A DNA stretch of 64,000 nucleotides, taken from Candidatus Omnitrophota bacterium (GTDB taxonomy: Bacteria; Omnitrophota; Gorgyraeia; Gygaellales; Profunditerraquicolaceae). The stretch's first letter is position 1; each line of letters starts with the position of its first letter. Location of the stretch: NCBI GenBank assembly GCA_026387335.1, contig JAPLLX010000006.1:125702-189701 (forward strand), in the 5' to 3' direction. Of this stretch, positions 1-14,019 are shown piece by piece. The notes under the pieces are model-generated. The model ran no database searches. It saw only the letters and a program-made list of their open reading frames with translations, and was not told where the DNA came from. The position numbers and the translations under genes were made by a program.

Positions 1-258
1 ATCAATCGTCTTGGCTGTTGGTTCGAATATATCGATGAGCCTTTTATGCGTGGATAAATCGAACTGCTCGCGCGACTTCTTATCAATAACCGGAGAACGT
101 AAAACTGTGTAGATCTCTCTTCTGGTAGGAAGAGGAACCGGGCCGGCGATTTTGGCGCCGGTCCGTTTAACAGTTTCAACAATCTCTAAGACCGCCTGGT
201 CCAAGAGACGATGATCATAAGCTTTTAATTTTATCCGTATCTTTTGAGCAACTGACAT
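1..258 (-). CDS. rpsJ: 30S ribosomal protein S10 (runs off the window edge)
   Basis: Manual translation from ATG at 258: [21 protein letters not shown]...GPVPLPT...KKSREQFE; directly downstream of tuf. Confidence 0.96.
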   Translation of the reverse strand, partial: MSVAQKIRIKLKAYDHRLLDQAVLEIVETVKRTGAKIAGPVPLPTRREIYTVLRSPVIDKKSREQFDLSTHKRLIDIFEPTAKTID

Positions 259-263
259 ATTTT

Positions 264-1469
264 TTAGGCGATTATCTCGGTAACAACACCAGCGCCTACG
301 GTATGGCCGCCTTCGCGGATGGCGAAGCGCGATTCCTTTTCCATGGCGATAGGTGTGATTAATTCCACATCTAGATTAATATTATCCCCGGGCATAACCA
401 TCTCTACACCTGTCGGGAGTGTCACATTTCCGGTAACATCGGTTGTCCGGAAATAGAACTGCGGCCGGTAACCTTTGAAGAAGGGAGTATGCCTTCCGCC
501 TTCTTCTTTGGTTAAGATATAAACCTGGGCCTTAAATTTGGTATGTGGAGTAATGGATTTAGGAGCAGCAATAACCATACCACGTTCAATATCGTCCTTT
601 TCTACGCCTCTTAAGAGCAACCCTACATTATCTCCGGCATGCCCTTCATCCAGGAGCTTGCGGAACATTTCTATTCCGGTAACTACTGACTTCTTTACTT
701 CCGGCCTTAAACCTATGATCTCGACTTCTTCGCTTAATTTTACTTTACCGCGCTCTATTCTTCCGGTGGCAACCGTACCTCTACCTTCAATACTGAATAC
801 GTCTTCCACTGCCATCAAAAGCGGTTTATCCATGTCTCTTACCGGTAAAGGAATAAACTCATCGCAAGCCTTGATCAAGTCTAAAATCGGTTTGCAATCC
901 GCGCTGGCCGGATCGTTCACTGCGGCCATTGCCTTAGAAGCGCTACCGCGGATAATCGGTGTTTTATCTCCGGGATACCCGTATTTAGTAAGCAACTCTC
1001 GGACTTCCATTTCCACTAAGTCCAAAAGTTCGTTATCCGTAACCAAATCTACTTTATTTAAGAACACGACCATTGAGGGAACGTTTACCTGCCTGGCCAA
1101 AAGAATATGCTCTCTGGTCTGAGGCATAGGGCCGTCAGCAGCAGAAACAACGAGGATTGCGCCGTCCATCTGCGCAGCTCCGGTGATCATATTCTTAATG
1201 TAGTCAGCGTGACCCGGGCAGTCGATATGCGCGTAATGCCGGGCATCTGATTCGTATTCAACGTGGGCAACAGAAATAGTAACGGTCTTGGTATCGTCTC
1301 TTACTGTTCCGCCTTTAGCAATATCAGCATATGCCTTAGCGGTAGCCTTACCCAGCTTAGCCGAAATATTAACAATAGCAGCAGTCAAAGTAGTTTTACC
1401 GTGGTCAATGTGGCCGATAGTTCCGATGTTAACGTGTGGCTTATTTCTTACAAATTTCTCTTTAGCCAT
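264..1469 (-). CDS. tuf: Elongation factor Tu
   Basis: [20 protein letters not shown] and C-terminal [13 protein letters not shown] motifs. Confidence 0.99.
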   Translation of the reverse strand: MAKEKFVRNKPHVNIGTIGHIDHGKTTLTAAIVNISAKLGKATAKAYADIAKGGTVRDDTKTVTISVAHVEYESDARHYAHIDCPGHADYIKNMITGAAQMDGAILVVSAADGPMPQTREHILLARQVNVPSMVVFLNKVDLVTDNELLDLVEMEVRELLTKYGYPGDKTPIIRGSASKAMAAVNDPASADCKPILDLIKACDEFIPLPVRDMDKPLLMAVEDVFSIEGRGTVATGRIERGKVKLSEEVEIIGLRPEVKKSVVTGIEMFRKLLDEGHAGDNVGLLLRGVEKDDIERGMVIAAPKSITPHTKFKAQVYILTKEEGGRHTPFFKGYRPQFYFRTTDVTGNVTLPTGVEMVMPGDNINLDVELITPIAMEKESRFAIREGGHTVGAGVVTEIIA

Positions 1470-1474
1470 TTTTT

Positions 1475-1529
1475 CTCCTCCTTGCCCCTAAGGGCACACC
1501 CGCGCAATTCCTTATAAGCGCGGGGTGTG
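1475..1529 (-). promoter_or_regulatory. Two-hairpin element abutting the Shine-Dalgarno of tuf (copy 1)
   Basis: Minus strand: CACACCCCGCGC-TTATAAGGAATT-GCGCGGGTGTG, then GCCC-TTAG-GGGC, then AAGGAGG; second copy at 25739-25786. Confidence 0.6.
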
Positions 1530-1533
1530 TTTT

Positions 1534-3636
1534 TTAACGAAAACTCTTCCTGGTCGAACCGGTAGCGGCGAAACCCGTAACGATCTTTTCTGCTATATGT
1601 GCAGGCACTTCGGTGTAAAACGAAGGCTCTATTGTATAGGATGCGCGGCCCTGTGTCAAGGATCTTATTATAGTCGCGTAATTAAAAACTTCAGCTAGCG
1701 GAATGTTCGCGCGTATGGTGCGTAAGTTCAGGCGCTGGGCCAAGGAAATTATTTTGGCCCGTCGGGAACTCAAATCCCCGATAACCTGGCCCATAAACTC
1801 TTCCGGGACAACTACTTCCATATCCATAATCGGCTCCAATAAAACAGGGTTGCCTTTTTTTAAACCGTCATTAAATGCCAGCGAGCCGGCCATCTGAAAC
1901 GCTAATTCCGAAGAATCAACTTCATGAAAAGACCCGTCGATTAAAAGGACTTTGACATCGGTAACCGGATACCCGGCTAAGACGCCGGATTTTGCCGCGC
2001 CAAATACCCCCTGCTTTACTGCCGGTATATATTCACGCGGGATAGACCCGCTTTTAATTTTATCTTCAAAAGTAATCCCTGTCCCAGGGGTCTCCTGCGG
2101 TTCCATCTCAATAACGCAATGCCCATATTGGCCGCGGCCGCCGGACTGGGAGATAAACTTGCCCACTGACCTTACTTTTTTCCTTAAGGTTTCCCGGTAG
2201 GCTACCTGAGGCTGGCCTACCTGAGCTTCAACGTTAAATTCGCGTAAAATCCTGTCAATAATTATCTCCAGATGTAACTGACCCATACCCGCGATAAGAG
2301 TCTGTCCGGTCTCCTGATTATAAGTTACGCGGAAAGACGGATCCTCATCTTCAAGTTTATGTAAGGCTAACCCCAATTTCTCCTGAGCGTCCTTAGATGC
2401 CGGCTCAATGGCCTGCTGAATAACCGGCTCAGGGAAACGCATTGCTTCAATTAATATATGGTTATTTTCCGTGCACAGAGTTTCTCCGGTCTTAGTATCT
2501 TTTAATCCCACCAGAGCCGCGATCTCACCGCAAGAAATACTCTCTACAACTTCCTGACGGTTAGCGTGCATCTTAACGATCTTGGTGACTCTTTCTCTTT
2601 CTCTTTTAGAAGCGTTATAGATATATGTACCGGAACTTAAAACCCCTGAATATACCCGGGTAAAGAATATTTTTCCGACATAAGGGTCAGTGGCTACCTT
2701 AAAACATAACGCGCAGAAAGGCGCTTTTTCAGAAGCCTTGATCTCTTCAAATTCGCCTGTTTCCGGATTTGTCCCTTTAATCGCCGGAACATCAACAGGA
2801 GAAGGCAGATAATCTTTTACCGCGTCGAGTACCAGTTGGACCCCTTTATTTTTAAAAGCCGCTCCGCAAAGGACCGGAACAAATTTATTGGCAATAACGC
2901 TCTTTCTTATCGCGGTTTTCAATTCCGCAACCGGTATATCCTTGCCGTGTAAATAATCTTCCATTATCTTATCATCGACTTCAGCCAACCTCTCAAGCAT
3001 GACCGTGCGCTGTTTGTCGGCTTCTGGCAAAGCCTGCGCAGGGATCTCCTGGATTTCAAAATCTTTACCTAAATCATCTTTATAATAAATAAGTTTCTTT
3101 TCCACTAAATCTATGATGCCTTTAAACTCCCCGTCTTTTCCGAAAGGAAGCTGGATGGGAGCAGCATTTGCGCCTAACCTCTTATGCATCTGGTCTATGG
3201 CCTCCAGGAAATTAGCGCCGGTCCTATCCATTTTATTTACAAAAGCGATCCGCGGGACTTCATAGCGGTCAGCCTGGCGCCAGACTGTCTCGGATTGCGG
3301 CTCGACTCCGCCTACTCCGCAGAAAACCACTACTGCGCCGTCTAAAACCTTCAACGATCTTTCAACTTCAATAGTAAAATCCACGTGGCCGGGAGTATCA
3401 ATAAGGTTAATATGTACATCTTTCCAGATGCAGGTAGTCGCGGCCGCGGTAATCGTAATGCCTCTCTCCTGCTCCTGGACCATCCAGTCCATGGTCGCCG
3501 TCCCTTCATGGACTTCCCCTAATTTATAATTTCTACCGGTATAAAAAAGGATGCGCTCGCTGGTTGTAGTTTTCCCAGCGTCAATATGGGCGATAATCCC
3601 GATATTCCTGATTTTTTCTAATGGAACTTTTTCCAT
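1534..3636 (-). CDS. fusA: Elongation factor G
   Basis: [17 protein letters not shown] and NKMD motifs; 700 aa; str operon position. Confidence 0.99.
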   Translation of the reverse strand: MEKVPLEKIRNIGIIAHIDAGKTTTSERILFYTGRNYKLGEVHEGTATMDWMVQEQERGITITAAATTCIWKDVHINLIDTPGHVDFTIEVERSLKVLDGAVVVFCGVGGVEPQSETVWRQADRYEVPRIAFVNKMDRTGANFLEAIDQMHKRLGANAAPIQLPFGKDGEFKGIIDLVEKKLIYYKDDLGKDFEIQEIPAQALPEADKQRTVMLERLAEVDDKIMEDYLHGKDIPVAELKTAIRKSVIANKFVPVLCGAAFKNKGVQLVLDAVKDYLPSPVDVPAIKGTNPETGEFEEIKASEKAPFCALCFKVATDPYVGKIFFTRVYSGVLSSGTYIYNASKRERERVTKIVKMHANRQEVVESISCGEIAALVGLKDTKTGETLCTENNHILIEAMRFPEPVIQQAIEPASKDAQEKLGLALHKLEDEDPSFRVTYNQETGQTLIAGMGQLHLEIIIDRILREFNVEAQVGQPQVAYRETLRKKVRSVGKFISQSGGRGQYGHCVIEMEPQETPGTGITFEDKIKSGSIPREYIPAVKQGVFGAAKSGVLAGYPVTDVKVLLIDGSFHEVDSSELAFQMAGSLAFNDGLKKGNPVLLEPIMDMEVVVPEEFMGQVIGDLSSRRAKIISLAQRLNLRTIRANIPLAEVFNYATIIRSLTQGRASYTIEPSFYTEVPAHIAEKIVTGFAATGSTRKSFR

Positions 3637-3642
3637 ATTATA

Positions 3643-4113
3643 TTACCACCTAAAATGAGCAAACGCCTTGTTGGCTTCCGCCATCTTATGGGTATCATCT
3701 CTTTTCTTTATGGCTGAACCTTCGCCTTTATACGCCGCGATAATCTCTTCCGCCAGTTTCTGATCCATCGGCCTGCCTTTTTTATTCTGGGCAAAATCCC
3801 TCATCCAGCGTAAAGCTATTGATGTTCCACGCTCCTGGCGTACTTCAATCGGGACCTGATAAGTCGCGCCACCCACTCGGCGGGGCTTGACTTCCAGGCG
3901 GGGCCGGGCATTATCCAGCGCTTTGTAAAAAACCTTTAAGATATCCTGCTCATTAAGGTTTTTCTTTACGATCTCAAACGCGCCGTAAACAATTTTCTCG
4001 GCAATAGATTTCTTGCCTTCAACCATAACCATATTCACGAATTTCGCAACGATCTTGCTGTTAAGTTTCGGGTCCGCTAATATTACTTTTTCCTGGGCTT
4101 TTCTGCGTCTCAT
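3643..4113 (-). CDS. rpsG: 30S ribosomal protein S7
   Basis: [26 protein letters not shown]. Confidence 0.99.
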   Translation of the reverse strand: MRRRKAQEKVILADPKLNSKIVAKFVNMVMVEGKKSIAEKIVYGAFEIVKKNLNEQDILKVFYKALDNARPRLEVKPRRVGGATYQVPIEVRQERGTSIALRWMRDFAQNKKGRPMDQKLAEEIIAAYKGEGSAIKKRDDTHKMAEANKAFAHFRW

Positions 4114-4481
4114 TTAGGCCTCTTTGCTCCGTATTTTGAACGTGATCTTCTTCTCTGGTTAACTCCTGCGGCATCCAATGTGCCTCTTACAATATGATAC
4201 CTTACCCCGGGCAAGTCCTTAACCCGGCCTCCCCTGACTAAAACTATGGAATGTTCCTGTAGGTTATGCCCTTCTCCCGGGATATAGGCGGTGACTTCTA
4301 TCCCCGTAGTCAACCTGACCCTGGCAATCTTACGCAGGGCTGAGTTTGGCTTTTTAGGCGTCATAGTGCGCACCTGTAAACATACACCGCGCCTCTGGGG
4401 GCAACCCTTTAAAGCCGGAGATTTACTCTTTTTATTCTTGGACCTTCTTCCTAACCTGATCAACTGCGAAATTGTGGGCAT
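4110..4481 (-). CDS. rpsL: 30S ribosomal protein S12
   Basis: [20 protein letters not shown]. Confidence 0.99.
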   Translation of the reverse strand: MPTISQLIRLGRRSKNKKSKSPALKGCPQRRGVCLQVRTMTPKKPNSALRKIARVRLTTGIEVTAYIPGEGHNLQEHSIVLVRGGRVKDLPGVRYHIVRGTLDAAGVNQRRRSRSKYGAKRPK

Positions 4482-4485
4482 ATGC

Positions 4486-7400
4486 TTATTCCTCTTTTTT
4501 TTCTTTTAATGTTTTTACGACTTCAATATCCCGATGATCGCGGAACCCTGTCCCTGCCGGAATAAGATGTCCGACGATAACATTCTCTTTCAAACCGAAT
4601 AGCTCATCGCGTTTTCCGGATGTGGCGGCTTCCGTGAGCACCCGGGTCGTCTCCTGGAAGCTGGCGGCTGAGATAAAACTTTCGGTGGTAAGTGAGGCTT
4701 TGGTAATGCCTAATAACAACGGCGTAGCTATCGCGGGCTTTGCGCCCTTTTTAATTACTCTGGAGTTTTCCTTCTGGAATGTCCATTTATCCACCTGTTG
4801 GGTAGCCAAAAATTCTGTATCGCCCGGATCCTCAACCCGCACCTTCTTTAACATCTGGCGGATGATCAATTCAATATGTTTATCGTTGATCCGCACTCCC
4901 TGCAAGCGGTATACTTCCTGGACCTCATTAACCAAATATTCCTGTAAAACTTTATCTCCGCAGACCCGTAAAATATCCTGTAAGACTACCGGTCCGTCGG
5001 TTAGCTGCTGGCCCGCATCCACCTTGTCACCTTTATAAACATTAGGATGCTTTCCGTGCGGTATAACATATTCTCTCTGCATACCGGTTGTTGATTTTAC
5101 GATGATTACCCTCTGGCCTTTTTTCGTCTCACCGAATTCTACAAAGCCGTCTATTTCGCTGATAATCGCCGGATCCTTAGGCCGCCTGGCTTCAAACAAC
5201 TCCGCCACGCGCGGAAGGCCGCCGGTAATATCTCTGGTCTTAACGACCATGCGCGGTATCTTAGCTAACAGGTCGCCGCCGTCAACTTTCTGGCCATCCT
5301 TAACCATAATATGCGCTCCGATGGGAATAGGATAGATCCCTAATACTTCTTTTGAGCTATCCAGAATTACGATCTGAGGATGGAATTCCTGCTTATGTTC
5401 CACAACCACGCGCTCAATTAACTTGGTCACCGGATTCAGCTCTTCCTTGATAGAGACATCTTCCTTTAAATCTTCGTATTTTACGGTTCCGGCGACTTCC
5501 GTTAAAACCGGCAGGGTATAAGGATCCCAATGGATAAAAGCTACGTCCTTGGCCACTTCTCCCGCGTCAGCAACATTAATAAACGCGCCCTGAGGAATAG
5601 CAAAACGCTCTAATTCTCTTCCCTGTTTGTCATTAATACTCAAGAAACCGTTTCTATTTAAAACAATAAATTCTTTATTCTTGGCGACTATCCTTAAGTT
5701 ATGATACTTGAGTATACCTTTGTTCTTAGATTTGATAAATGACTGTTCAACTTTCCGGGAAGCTGTACCGCCGATATGGAAGGTCCTCATGGTTAACTGG
5801 GTTCCGGGCTCGCCGATACTCTGCGCCGCTACCACTCCTACTGCTTCTCCCAACTCCGCCATTCTTCCTGTAGCCAGGTTCTTTCCGTAACATTTAGTGC
5901 AAACTCCTCGGCCGCTCTCGCAGGTCAGGACACTGCGGATGCGTATTTTCTCGATCCCCAGCTTCTCGATCATCTCCGCCTGCTCTTCGGGTATATCTGA
6001 ACCTGCGGCCACAATGACTTCATCGGTAATAATATCCACAATATTATCCAGGGCCACCCGGCCGATTATACGGTCCTTTAGCGATACCACTTCTTCATCA
6101 CCTTCAATAATCGCTGAAACTGTAATACCGTTAAGAGTACCACAGTCTTCCTCGGCAACAATGACTTCCTGGGCTACATCTACTAACCTGCGGGTCAGGT
6201 AACCGGCGTCGGCGGTTTTTAAGGCGGTATCGGCCAGACCTTTGCGCGCGCCGTGGGTAGAGATAAAATATTCCAAAACATTCAGGCCTTCCTTGAAATT
6301 TGCGGTAATCGGACTTTCAATGATTTCTCCCGAAGGTTTAGCCATAAGCCCGCGCATTCCGGCTAGCTGCCTGATCTGTAAACGGGAGCCTCTGGCGCCG
6401 GAATCGGCCATCATAAATATGGGGTTAAATGCATCCATCCCCTTAAATAACAAATCTGAAATTTCGTCTGTCGCATGCGTCCAGATATCAATAATCTTAG
6501 ACTTGCGCTCGCTGTCCGTAATAACACCGCGGCGATACTGCTCTTCCACCTTAGCTACTCTTTCTTTAGAATCTTTTAAAACTTCCTGCTTGGCTGCTGG
6601 AACCTGAAGGTCATCAATACCGATAGAGATGCCGCCGAGTGTCCCGATTTCAAAACCCAACCTCTTAATATCGTCAAGAAAACTAATCAACGCTGCGTGG
6701 CCAAACCTTTTGTAACAATCAACCACAAGATCACTGACCTTAGCCTTATTTAATTCCTTGTTCACAAAACCAAATTCTTTAGGTAAAACCTGATTAAAGA
6801 TTACCCTGCCTACTGTAGTAGCTATGCTTTGTTTTCCCGGAATTAACTTCTTTTGATCCAAGTCAAAAACATCCTCTACTCTCACCTTAATCTTAGTGTG
6901 TAAAGCTACCACGCCGTCCTGATGGGCAATGATTACTTCATCGGCATTCGCGAAACTCATGCCCTCTCCAATTGCTCCTGATTTTTCTTTGGTAAGATAG
7001 TGCACCCCCAGGATTATATCCTGCGTGGGAGATATGACTGGCCGGCCGTCAGCGGGAGAAAATACATTATTAGAAGCCAACATTAAAATCTTGGCTTCTA
7101 ATTGGGATTCCAGGGATAGCGGCACGTGAACAGCCATCTGGTCGCCGTCAAAGTCAGCGTTAAAAGCTGTACAAACTAACGGATGGATTTTTATGGATTT
7201 ACCTTCGATCAGAAGCGGCTGGAATGCCTGGATGCCTAAACGGTGCAAGGTAGGCGCGCGGTTCAACAATACCGGATGATCCTTAATCACCTCATCCAGT
7301 ATATCCCAAACTTCGATCTTGCCGCGCTCAACCATACGCCGAGCGCCTTTAATAGTATGCACAAATCCTTTTTCTCTCAGTTTCTTAATAATAAACGGCT

Positions 7401-8502
7401 CAAACAATTCCAAGGCCATCTGTTTAGGAAGCCCGCACTCATGAAGCTTTAATTCGGGTCCGACAACAATGACCGAACGGCCGGAGTAATCTACGCGCTT
7501 ACCTAATAGGTTCTGCCGGAAACGGCCCTGTTTGCCCTTTAACATATCGGAAAGGGATTTTAAAGGACGGTTATTCGCGCCCATTACGGCTTTACCATGC
7601 CTGCCGTTATCTAAAAGCGCATCGACTGCCTCCTGCAACATGCGCTTTTCATTGCGGATGATGATTTCCGGGGCGTTCAACTCCATTAACTTTTTTAAAC
7701 GATTATTCCGGTTAATTACCCTACGGTATAAATCATTAAGGTCTGAAGTGGCAAATCTTCCGCCGTCTAACGGCACCAGCGGCCTTAAGTCCGGAGGGAT
7801 GACCGGCAAGATCTCCAAAATCATCCAATCGGCGTTATTACCGGATTTCTTAAAATCTTCAACGATCTTTAAGCTCTTTAAGCCTTTACGGTTATTTAAA
7901 GCATCTTTTGACTTTTCCAGGTCCCGGCGTAATTTACGGCACTGCGCGTCCAAATCCAGTTCTTTTAAGAGGTCTCTTACTGCTTCGGCGCCGATCTTAG
8001 CCTTAAAATTAGAGCCATACTTGCCAAGAGCCTCCTGATATTTTTCTTCGGTCAAAAGCTCTTTTTTCTTTAAAGGAGTGGTTCCGGAGTCAATAACGAC
8101 ATACTCTTCATAATAAATAATTTTTTCTAAGTCCCTTAACCCTATATCCAGTAAAGCCGACATTCGAGAGGGGACTGCTTTAAAGAACCAAATATGGGTA
8201 ACCGCGGTGGCCAACTCAATATGGCCCATACGCTCGCGTCTTACCGAAGAGCGGTCAACGGTAACCCCGCAACGGTCGCAGGTTATTCCTTTAAATTTAA
8301 TGCCTTTATATTTGCCGCAGTTACATTCCCAATCGCGCACCGGCCCGAATATCTTTTCACAAAAAAGCCCGTCTTTTTCCGGTTTTAACGTGCGGTAATT
8401 GATTGTTTCGGCTTTTTTTACTTCCCCTTTGGACCAAGATTTAATTATCTGAGGGCTAGCGATCTTAATTGAAATACTATCGAAAGAAACTATCTCATCC
8501 AT
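4486..8502 (-). CDS. rpoC: RNA polymerase beta' subunit
   Basis: [12 protein letters not shown] catalytic motif; N-terminal zinc finger. Confidence 0.99.
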   Translation of the reverse strand: MDEIVSFDSISIKIASPQIIKSWSKGEVKKAETINYRTLKPEKDGLFCEKIFGPVRDWECNCGKYKGIKFKGITCDRCGVTVDRSSVRRERMGHIELATAVTHIWFFKAVPSRMSALLDIGLRDLEKIIYYEEYVVIDSGTTPLKKKELLTEEKYQEALGKYGSNFKAKIGAEAVRDLLKELDLDAQCRKLRRDLEKSKDALNNRKGLKSLKIVEDFKKSGNNADWMILEILPVIPPDLRPLVPLDGGRFATSDLNDLYRRVINRNNRLKKLMELNAPEIIIRNEKRMLQEAVDALLDNGRHGKAVMGANNRPLKSLSDMLKGKQGRFRQNLLGKRVDYSGRSVIVVGPELKLHECGLPKQMALELFEPFIIKKLREKGFVHTIKGARRMVERGKIEVWDILDEVIKDHPVLLNRAPTLHRLGIQAFQPLLIEGKSIKIHPLVCTAFNADFDGDQMAVHVPLSLESQLEAKILMLASNNVFSPADGRPVISPTQDIILGVHYLTKEKSGAIGEGMSFANADEVIIAHQDGVVALHTKIKVRVEDVFDLDQKKLIPGKQSIATTVGRVIFNQVLPKEFGFVNKELNKAKVSDLVVDCYKRFGHAALISFLDDIKRLGFEIGTLGGISIGIDDLQVPAAKQEVLKDSKERVAKVEEQYRRGVITDSERKSKIIDIWTHATDEISDLLFKGMDAFNPIFMMADSGARGSRLQIRQLAGMRGLMAKPSGEIIESPITANFKEGLNVLEYFISTHGARKGLADTALKTADAGYLTRRLVDVAQEVIVAEEDCGTLNGITVSAIIEGDEEVVSLKDRIIGRVALDNIVDIITDEVIVAAGSDIPEEQAEMIEKLGIEKIRIRSVLTCESGRGVCTKCYGKNLATGRMAELGEAVGVVAAQSIGEPGTQLTMRTFHIGGTASRKVEQSFIKSKNKGILKYHNLRIVAKNKEFIVLNRNGFLSINDKQGRELERFAIPQGAFINVADAGEVAKDVAFIHWDPYTLPVLTEVAGTVKYEDLKEDVSIKEELNPVTKLIERVVVEHKQEFHPQIVILDSSKEVLGIYPIPIGAHIMVKDGQKVDGGDLLAKIPRMVVKTRDITGGLPRVAELFEARRPKDPAIISEIDGFVEFGETKKGQRVIIVKSTTGMQREYVIPHGKHPNVYKGDKVDAGQQLTDGPVVLQDILRVCGDKVLQEYLVNEVQEVYRLQGVRINDKHIELIIRQMLKKVRVEDPGDTEFLATQQVDKWTFQKENSRVIKKGAKPAIATPLLLGITKASLTTESFISAASFQETTRVLTEAATSGKRDELFGLKENVIVGHLIPAGTGFRDHRDIEVVKTLKEKKEE

Positions 8503-11500
8503 TATTTTACCTTTTCTGTCCGGATATCAAGACACAGACCCTGCAATTCCTTGATTAAAACATTAAATGACTCAGGTGTGCCGTGAGTCAGACGCTGTTC
8601 ACCTTTAACAATAGCTTCGTAAATTCTGGTCCTTCCTGAAACATCATCGCTCTTTACAGTGAGCATTTCCTGCAAAGTAAATGCCGCGCCGTAGGCCTCT
8701 AAGGCCCAGACTTCCATTTCGCCTAATCTCTGCCCGCCGAATTGCGCCTTGCCGCCTAATGGCTGCTGGGTGACCAGAGAATACGGGCCGATGGAACGGG
8801 CGTGGATCTTCTCATCAACCAAGTGGATGAGTTTCATTACATACATATAACCTATTGTTACTCTATGGTCAAACGGCTCGCCGCTATATCCATCATACAA
8901 TTGGATCTTCCCGTCTTCAGGAAGTCCGGCTTTTTTAAGCATCTCTTTAATTTCTTTCTCTGACGCTCCGTCAAAAACCGGAGTGCCTACATAAAGGCCG
9001 AGTGTTTTTGCCGCCCAACCCAAATGGCACTCTAAAATCTGGCCTACGTTCATACGGCTGGGAACACCTAACGGATTTAAAACTACTTCTACAGGAGTGC
9101 CATCAGGCAAATAAGGCATATCTTCTTCGGGCATAATCCGGGCAACCACACCCTTATTCCCGTGCCTTCCCGCTAATTTATCTCCTTCGGAAAGCCTGCG
9201 CTTGGTAGCGATATAAACCACTACTCTTTTTAAGACACCGGCGGGAAGTTCGTCTCCGCGCCTGACCTTTTCGATCTCCTGCTCCTGCTCGGAAAGCAAT
9301 TCCTGCACCTGTTCATCAAAAGAAGCGGCTAAAATCTTGGCCTCTTCATTATCGCTAAAATCATATTTTTCTATTTTCTTCTTATCCACGCCTAAAAGCT
9401 GGCTCAAACGGGCAATCTTCTCAGTCTGCACAAATTCCACTTCCTGCTTATAATAAGCTTTCAGTTCCCGGATTTTGGCTAACTCCTTACTCTTCTCTTC
9501 TTTGGTTTTCCTGCCCCTGTCTTTACGCGCGAAAACATGCACATCGATGACTACGCCTTGAACACCCGGAGGGACAATCAAAGAAGTATCCCGCACATCC
9601 CCGGCTTTCTCACCGAATATAGCCCTTAAAAGCCTTTCTTCCGGCGATGGTTCGGAATCAGTCTTAGGTGTGATTTTACCTACTAATATGTCTCCGGGGG
9701 TAACTTCCGCGCCTATGCGGATAATCCCGCCTTCGTCCAGATTAGCCAGGGCCTCTTCGCTGACATTGGGAATATCGCGAGTAATCTCTTCATTGCCTAA
9801 ACGGGTCTCTGTAGCCTCAATATCAAATTCTTCTATATGGATAGAGGTAAAAGCGTCTTCTTGGACCAATTTCTCGCTTATTAAAATAGCGTCTTCAAAG
9901 TTATAACCTCGCCAGGGCATAAATGAAACTAACACATTCTTGCCCAAAGCTAATTCGCCGTTCTTAGTAGCAATACCGTCGGCAATCACATCGCCCTGTT
10001 CGACCTTTTCACCCAGCCTGACAATCGGCCTCTGATTAATGCAGGTATCGTTGTTGGTGCGCAGAAATTTCTTTAGATGGTAAATTTTCTTTCCGACTGT
10101 AATTGAAGAAGCGTCAATACTGGTGACCTTGCCTGACTCTTGGGCCACCAGGACTGTCCCGGAATCGCGGGCAACTTTTTCTTCCATTTCGGTCCCGACA
10201 AAAGGCGCTTCAGTAATCATTAAAGGCACACCCTGTCTTTGCATATTTGAGCCCATAAGCGCTCGGTTAGCGTCATCATGCTCTAAAAACGGAATTAAAG
10301 ACGCGGCAACGGAAACCAATTGCTTCGGAGAAACATCCATATATTGCACCTGTTTGCCAGCTACTTTCGGGAAATCATTTTTATAGCGGCAAGATACCTC
10401 TTTTTCTACAAAGTATCCGCTTTCATCCAAAAGAACGTTGGCCTGAGCAATAACCTTATCTTCTTCAATGTCGGCGGTAAGATAATCAATTTTTTTAGTA
10501 ACCCTGCCGTCTTCCACCTTGCGATACGGAGTTTCAATAAGACCTAAAGTATTTACCCTGGCAAAAGTGCTTAAGGAGGCGATTAAACCGATATTCGGGC
10601 CTTCGGGAGTTTCAATAGGGCAAACCCGGCCATAATGCGAAGGATGAATATCTCTTACTTCAAACCCCGCGCGTTCACGAGATAAACCACCCGGGCCTAA
10701 AGCGCTTAAGCGCCTCTTGTGGGTCATTTCAGCCAAAGGATTTATTTGGTCCATAAACTGGGATAACTGGCTGCGGCCGAAGAAATCCCGGATCTGGTTA
10801 GACAATAACTTGGAATTGATCAGATAATGCACATTAACATTATCAAATTCGCCTAATATACTTAATCTTTCGCGGATAGACCTTTCCACGCGCGACAGAC
10901 CTATACGCACCTGGTTCTGGACTAATTCTCCGACGGTCTTGACCCTGCGGTTTCCTAAATGGTCAATATCGTCAATTTTTCCAATGCCGGAATTTAAATT
11001 GATCAAATACTCTATCACCTTAATCACGGTATCGGAATCCAGAACTCTTTTTTCCAGGGACACGTCCATCCCTAATTTTCTATTCAGGATAAATCGGCCT
11101 GCCCGCTCTAAATCGTAACGGGCAGTATCAAAGAATAGCCTGTAAAATAAAGCCTCCGCCGCCTCTTTGGTTACCGGTTCGGTCGGCCGCATTTTGCGGT
11201 AAAAATCCATATAGGCTTCTTCTTTATTCTTAGTGTAATCTTTTTTGAGGGTATTGGTGATTTCCGGGTACTCTTTACCGAAGGCGGCGATTATATCCTT
11301 GTCTTCGGAAAAACCGAGTATCCTTAAGATCTGGGTTGCGGGAAAATTTCGGCGGCGGTCAACATAAGCTAAGACTGTTTCAGTAAGGTCATATTTAAAC
11401 TCCAGCCACGCGCCGCGATAAGGAATTACCCTTCCGTAAAATATCTTTTTACCGGTCGGATGGAGCTCTTCTTCAAAAGATACTCCGGGAGATCGTTGTA

Positions 11501-11906
11501 ACTGACTGACCACCACCCGCTCATCGCCATTAATGATGAACGTGCCGGTCTCAGTCATCAACGGAATCTCGCCGAAATAAGCATCCTGCTCCTTGGTTTC
11601 TTTAGGAGTAGTCAGGCGGAATTTTACCTTAAGGGGAAGGGCATAGGAGAGGCTTCTGATCTTAGACTCAGCCAGGCTATATTTTGGCTTACCTAAAGAA
11701 TAGCTGATGAATTCCAGCTTAACCGAGCGATTTGGGCTTTCAATCGGGAATATCTCGCTAAAGACTTCCTGGAGCCCCTGATGCTTTTTTTCTCCGGGCT
11801 TGGCATTTAATTGCAAAAACTCAGCGTACGCCTCAAGTTGAACATCCAAAAGATTAGGTATATTATATACTTCTTTTATCTTGGCAAAGCTTTTTCTCTT
11901 TAGCAT
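8502..11906 (-). CDS. rpoB: RNA polymerase beta subunit
   Basis: [30 protein letters not shown]. Confidence 0.99.
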   Translation of the reverse strand: MLKRKSFAKIKEVYNIPNLLDVQLEAYAEFLQLNAKPGEKKHQGLQEVFSEIFPIESPNRSVKLEFISYSLGKPKYSLAESKIRSLSYALPLKVKFRLTTPKETKEQDAYFGEIPLMTETGTFIINGDERVVVSQLQRSPGVSFEEELHPTGKKIFYGRVIPYRGAWLEFKYDLTETVLAYVDRRRNFPATQILRILGFSEDKDIIAAFGKEYPEITNTLKKDYTKNKEEAYMDFYRKMRPTEPVTKEAAEALFYRLFFDTARYDLERAGRFILNRKLGMDVSLEKRVLDSDTVIKVIEYLINLNSGIGKIDDIDHLGNRRVKTVGELVQNQVRIGLSRVERSIRERLSILGEFDNVNVHYLINSKLLSNQIRDFFGRSQLSQFMDQINPLAEMTHKRRLSALGPGGLSRERAGFEVRDIHPSHYGRVCPIETPEGPNIGLIASLSTFARVNTLGLIETPYRKVEDGRVTKKIDYLTADIEEDKVIAQANVLLDESGYFVEKEVSCRYKNDFPKVAGKQVQYMDVSPKQLVSVAASLIPFLEHDDANRALMGSNMQRQGVPLMITEAPFVGTEMEEKVARDSGTVLVAQESGKVTSIDASSITVGKKIYHLKKFLRTNNDTCINQRPIVRLGEKVEQGDVIADGIATKNGELALGKNVLVSFMPWRGYNFEDAILISEKLVQEDAFTSIHIEEFDIEATETRLGNEEITRDIPNVSEEALANLDEGGIIRIGAEVTPGDILVGKITPKTDSEPSPEERLLRAIFGEKAGDVRDTSLIVPPGVQGVVIDVHVFARKDRGRKTKEEKSKELAKIRELKAYYKQEVEFVQTEKIARLSQLLGVDKKKIEKYDFSDNEEAKILAASFDEQVQELLSEQEQEIEKVRRGDELPAGVLKRVVVYIATKRRLSEGDKLAGRHGNKGVVARIMPEEDMPYLPDGTPVEVVLNPLGVPSRMNVGQILECHLGWAAKTLGLYVGTPVFDGASEKEIKEMLKKAGLPEDGKIQLYDGYSGEPFDHRVTIGYMYVMKLIHLVDEKIHARSIGPYSLVTQQPLGGKAQFGGQRLGEMEVWALEAYGAAFTLQEMLTVKSDDVSGRTRIYEAIVKGEQRLTHGTPESFNVLIKELQGLCLDIRTEKVK

Positions 11907-11969
11907 ATTGTCCCGTATTTTAGGGTAGCTTAAGAAATTTACCCAAAGCTACCGTTACTGACAGATATA

Positions 11970-12356
11970 TTATTTAAGCTCTACTGTGGCTCCGGCTGCT
12001 TCCAGTTTCTTCTTTAATTCTTCGGCTTCTTCTTTAGTTGCGCCTTCTTTAATCGGCTTAGGAGCTCCATCAACTAAATCTTTGGCTTCTTTTAAGCCAA
12101 GACTGGTAATGGTGCGCACCTCTTTGATAACGGCGATCTTACTTGCGCCTGCGCTGGTTAAAACTACCGTAAAAGTAGATTTCTCTTCAGCTACCGGAGC
12201 TGCGCCTGCGCCTGTACCGGCTGCGGGAGCGGCCATCATCGGCATATTCGCCTTTACCCCGAATTTTTCCTCAAGGGCCTTGACTAAATCCGCCAGCTCT
12301 AACACCGTCATACCCTCTATGGATTTAATCATCTCGTCTAATTTTGTACTTGCCAT
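11970..12356 (-). CDS. rplL: 50S ribosomal protein L7/L12
   Basis: [27 protein letters not shown]. Confidence 0.99.
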   Translation of the reverse strand: MASTKLDEMIKSIEGMTVLELADLVKALEEKFGVKANMPMMAAPAAGTGAGAAPVAEEKSTFTVVLTSAGASKIAVIKEVRTITSLGLKEAKDLVDGAPKPIKEGATKEEAEELKKKLEAAGATVELK

Positions 12357-12369
12357 CTTCTTCCTCCTT

Positions 12370-12897
12370 TTAACTTGTCTTTTTTTGTTTTATCTGGTCT
12401 AAACAATAAACAAATTTCGCCAATACCTGGTTTAGGGTTATAACCAAACCTGATATTGGCGAATTTAATGCCCAGACTACCTGGGCGCGTAAAACTTCCT
12501 TGGCGGGAAGCTTGGACATATATTCTATATCGGACTTTTGGATAATCTTATCTTTTAAGAAACCACCCTCAAGCTTCAATTGCTCGTGCTCTCTGCTAAA
12601 ATTACAGAGCGCCCGGGATGTGGCCACCGGCTCATCCTTAATAAAAATCAGGCCGCAGGGCCCGTCTATATTTTTGATTAAAGGTTCCAGGGTAGAATCC
12701 TTAAAAGCGCGCCGGGCGACGCTATTCTTCACTACAAACAAAGAAGCGTGTCCGCCTTTTAAGGTCTGCCTTAAAGAACACAGATCCGGGCTCTTGACCC
12801 CGGAATATTTAACGATAAATACCGCCTCGGATCCCTTTAACGTGTTCTTGATGCGGTTCTCGGAAGCCTCTTTAAATATTAACCCTAACTTTTTCAT
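12370..12897 (-). CDS. rplJ: 50S ribosomal protein L10
   Basis: [28 protein letters not shown]; between rplA and rplL. Confidence 0.96.
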   Translation of the reverse strand: MKKLGLIFKEASENRIKNTLKGSEAVFIVKYSGVKSPDLCSLRQTLKGGHASLFVVKNSVARRAFKDSTLEPLIKNIDGPCGLIFIKDEPVATSRALCNFSREHEQLKLEGGFLKDKIIQKSDIEYMSKLPAKEVLRAQVVWALNSPISGLVITLNQVLAKFVYCLDQIKQKKTS

Positions 12898-12901
12898 AAG
12901 T

Positions 12902-13582
12902 TTACACCGCTAATTTTAAACCCGGATTCATGGAAGTCGCAATGGATAGGCTGCGCATAAACTTTCCTTTTATGGATGCGGGTTTGGCCTCATTTAGCGC
13001 TTCGATGACCCTGGAGGCGTTATCATATAATTTATCTTCACTGAAAGACGCTTTTCCTACTGAAAGATGTACTCCGCCTTGCTTATCCACGCGGAATTCG
13101 ACCTTACCCTTTTTAACGTCTTCAATAGCTTTTAATATATCATTGGTAACCGTCCCGGTTTTAGGACTGGGCATAAGGCCCCGGGGGCCTAAGATCTTGC
13201 CTAACTTACTTAAGTCTTTCATCATCTCCGGAGTGGCAATGGCGCAATCAAAATCCATGAATCCCGCGGCTACTTTATCTATAAGTTCGATGCCGCCGAC
13301 AAAATCTGCGTTGGCCGTACGGGCAATTTTTTCATGTTCACCTTTGCAAAAAACCGCGACCCGGACTTTCTTCCCCGTGCCATGGGGTAAAATAACCGTA
13401 CCCCGGACCATCTGATCAGATTTCTTGGTATCTACCAATAAATGAAAATGCAAATCAACCGAGCTGTCAAACTTAGGCAAAGACATCTTCTTTAAGATAC
13501 TAATGGCTTCTTTAAGTTGATAGACCTTATCTACTTCTGTTTGCTTTTGCGATTCCTTATATCTTTTGCTGCGAGTCTTCAT
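12902..13582 (-). CDS. rplA: 50S ribosomal protein L1
   Basis: LPHGTGK, LGPRGLMPSPKTGTVT. Confidence 0.99.
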   Translation of the reverse strand: MKTRSKRYKESQKQTEVDKVYQLKEAISILKKMSLPKFDSSVDLHFHLLVDTKKSDQMVRGTVILPHGTGKKVRVAVFCKGEHEKIARTANADFVGGIELIDKVAAGFMDFDCAIATPEMMKDLSKLGKILGPRGLMPSPKTGTVTNDILKAIEDVKKGKVEFRVDKQGGVHLSVGKASFSEDKLYDNASRVIEALNEAKPASIKGKFMRSLSIATSMNPGLKLAV

Positions 13583-13588
13583 AGTGGA

Positions 13589-14017
13589 TTATCCCTCAAC
13601 CACAATACCCATGCTGCGGGCTGTGCCGGTAATGACCTTGACTGCCTGGTCCATATCCGAAGTATTTAAATCCGCCATCTTCTGTTTGGCAATCTCCTCT
13701 ACCTGCTTGCGCGTGACTTTACCGATGATCTCCTTACCGCTTATACCGGAAGCTTTAGCTAAATTCGCGGCTCGCTTCAGGAGCACCGAAGAAGGAGGGC
13801 TCTTGATTATAAAAGTAAATGACCGGTCATCGTAAACGCTTATAACCACGGGTAAGATCAACCCATCCCTGCCCTTGGTCTGGTCATTAAACTGCTTGCA
13901 AAACTGCATAATATTGACCCCGTGCTGGCCTAATGCGGGGCCGACCGGAGGCGCAGGGTTGGCCTGAGCTGCCGGAACATGTAATTTAATTTGCGCCTTA
14001 ATCGCTTTCTTAGCCAT
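13589..14017 (-). CDS. rplK: 50S ribosomal protein L11
   Basis: [23 protein letters not shown]. Confidence 0.99.
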   Translation of the reverse strand: MAKKAIKAQIKLHVPAAQANPAPPVGPALGQHGVNIMQFCKQFNDQTKGRDGLILPVVISVYDDRSFTFIIKSPPSSVLLKRAANLAKASGISGKEIIGKVTRKQVEEIAKQKMADLNTSDMDQAVKVITGTARSMGIVVEG

Positions 14018-14019
14018 AT

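Noticed and set aside
11920-11955. GGTAGCTT...AAGCTACC hairpin between rplL and rpoB
   Set aside because: Single weak hairpin without a clear U-tract on the coding strand; cannot be called a terminator or a copy of the two-hairpin element
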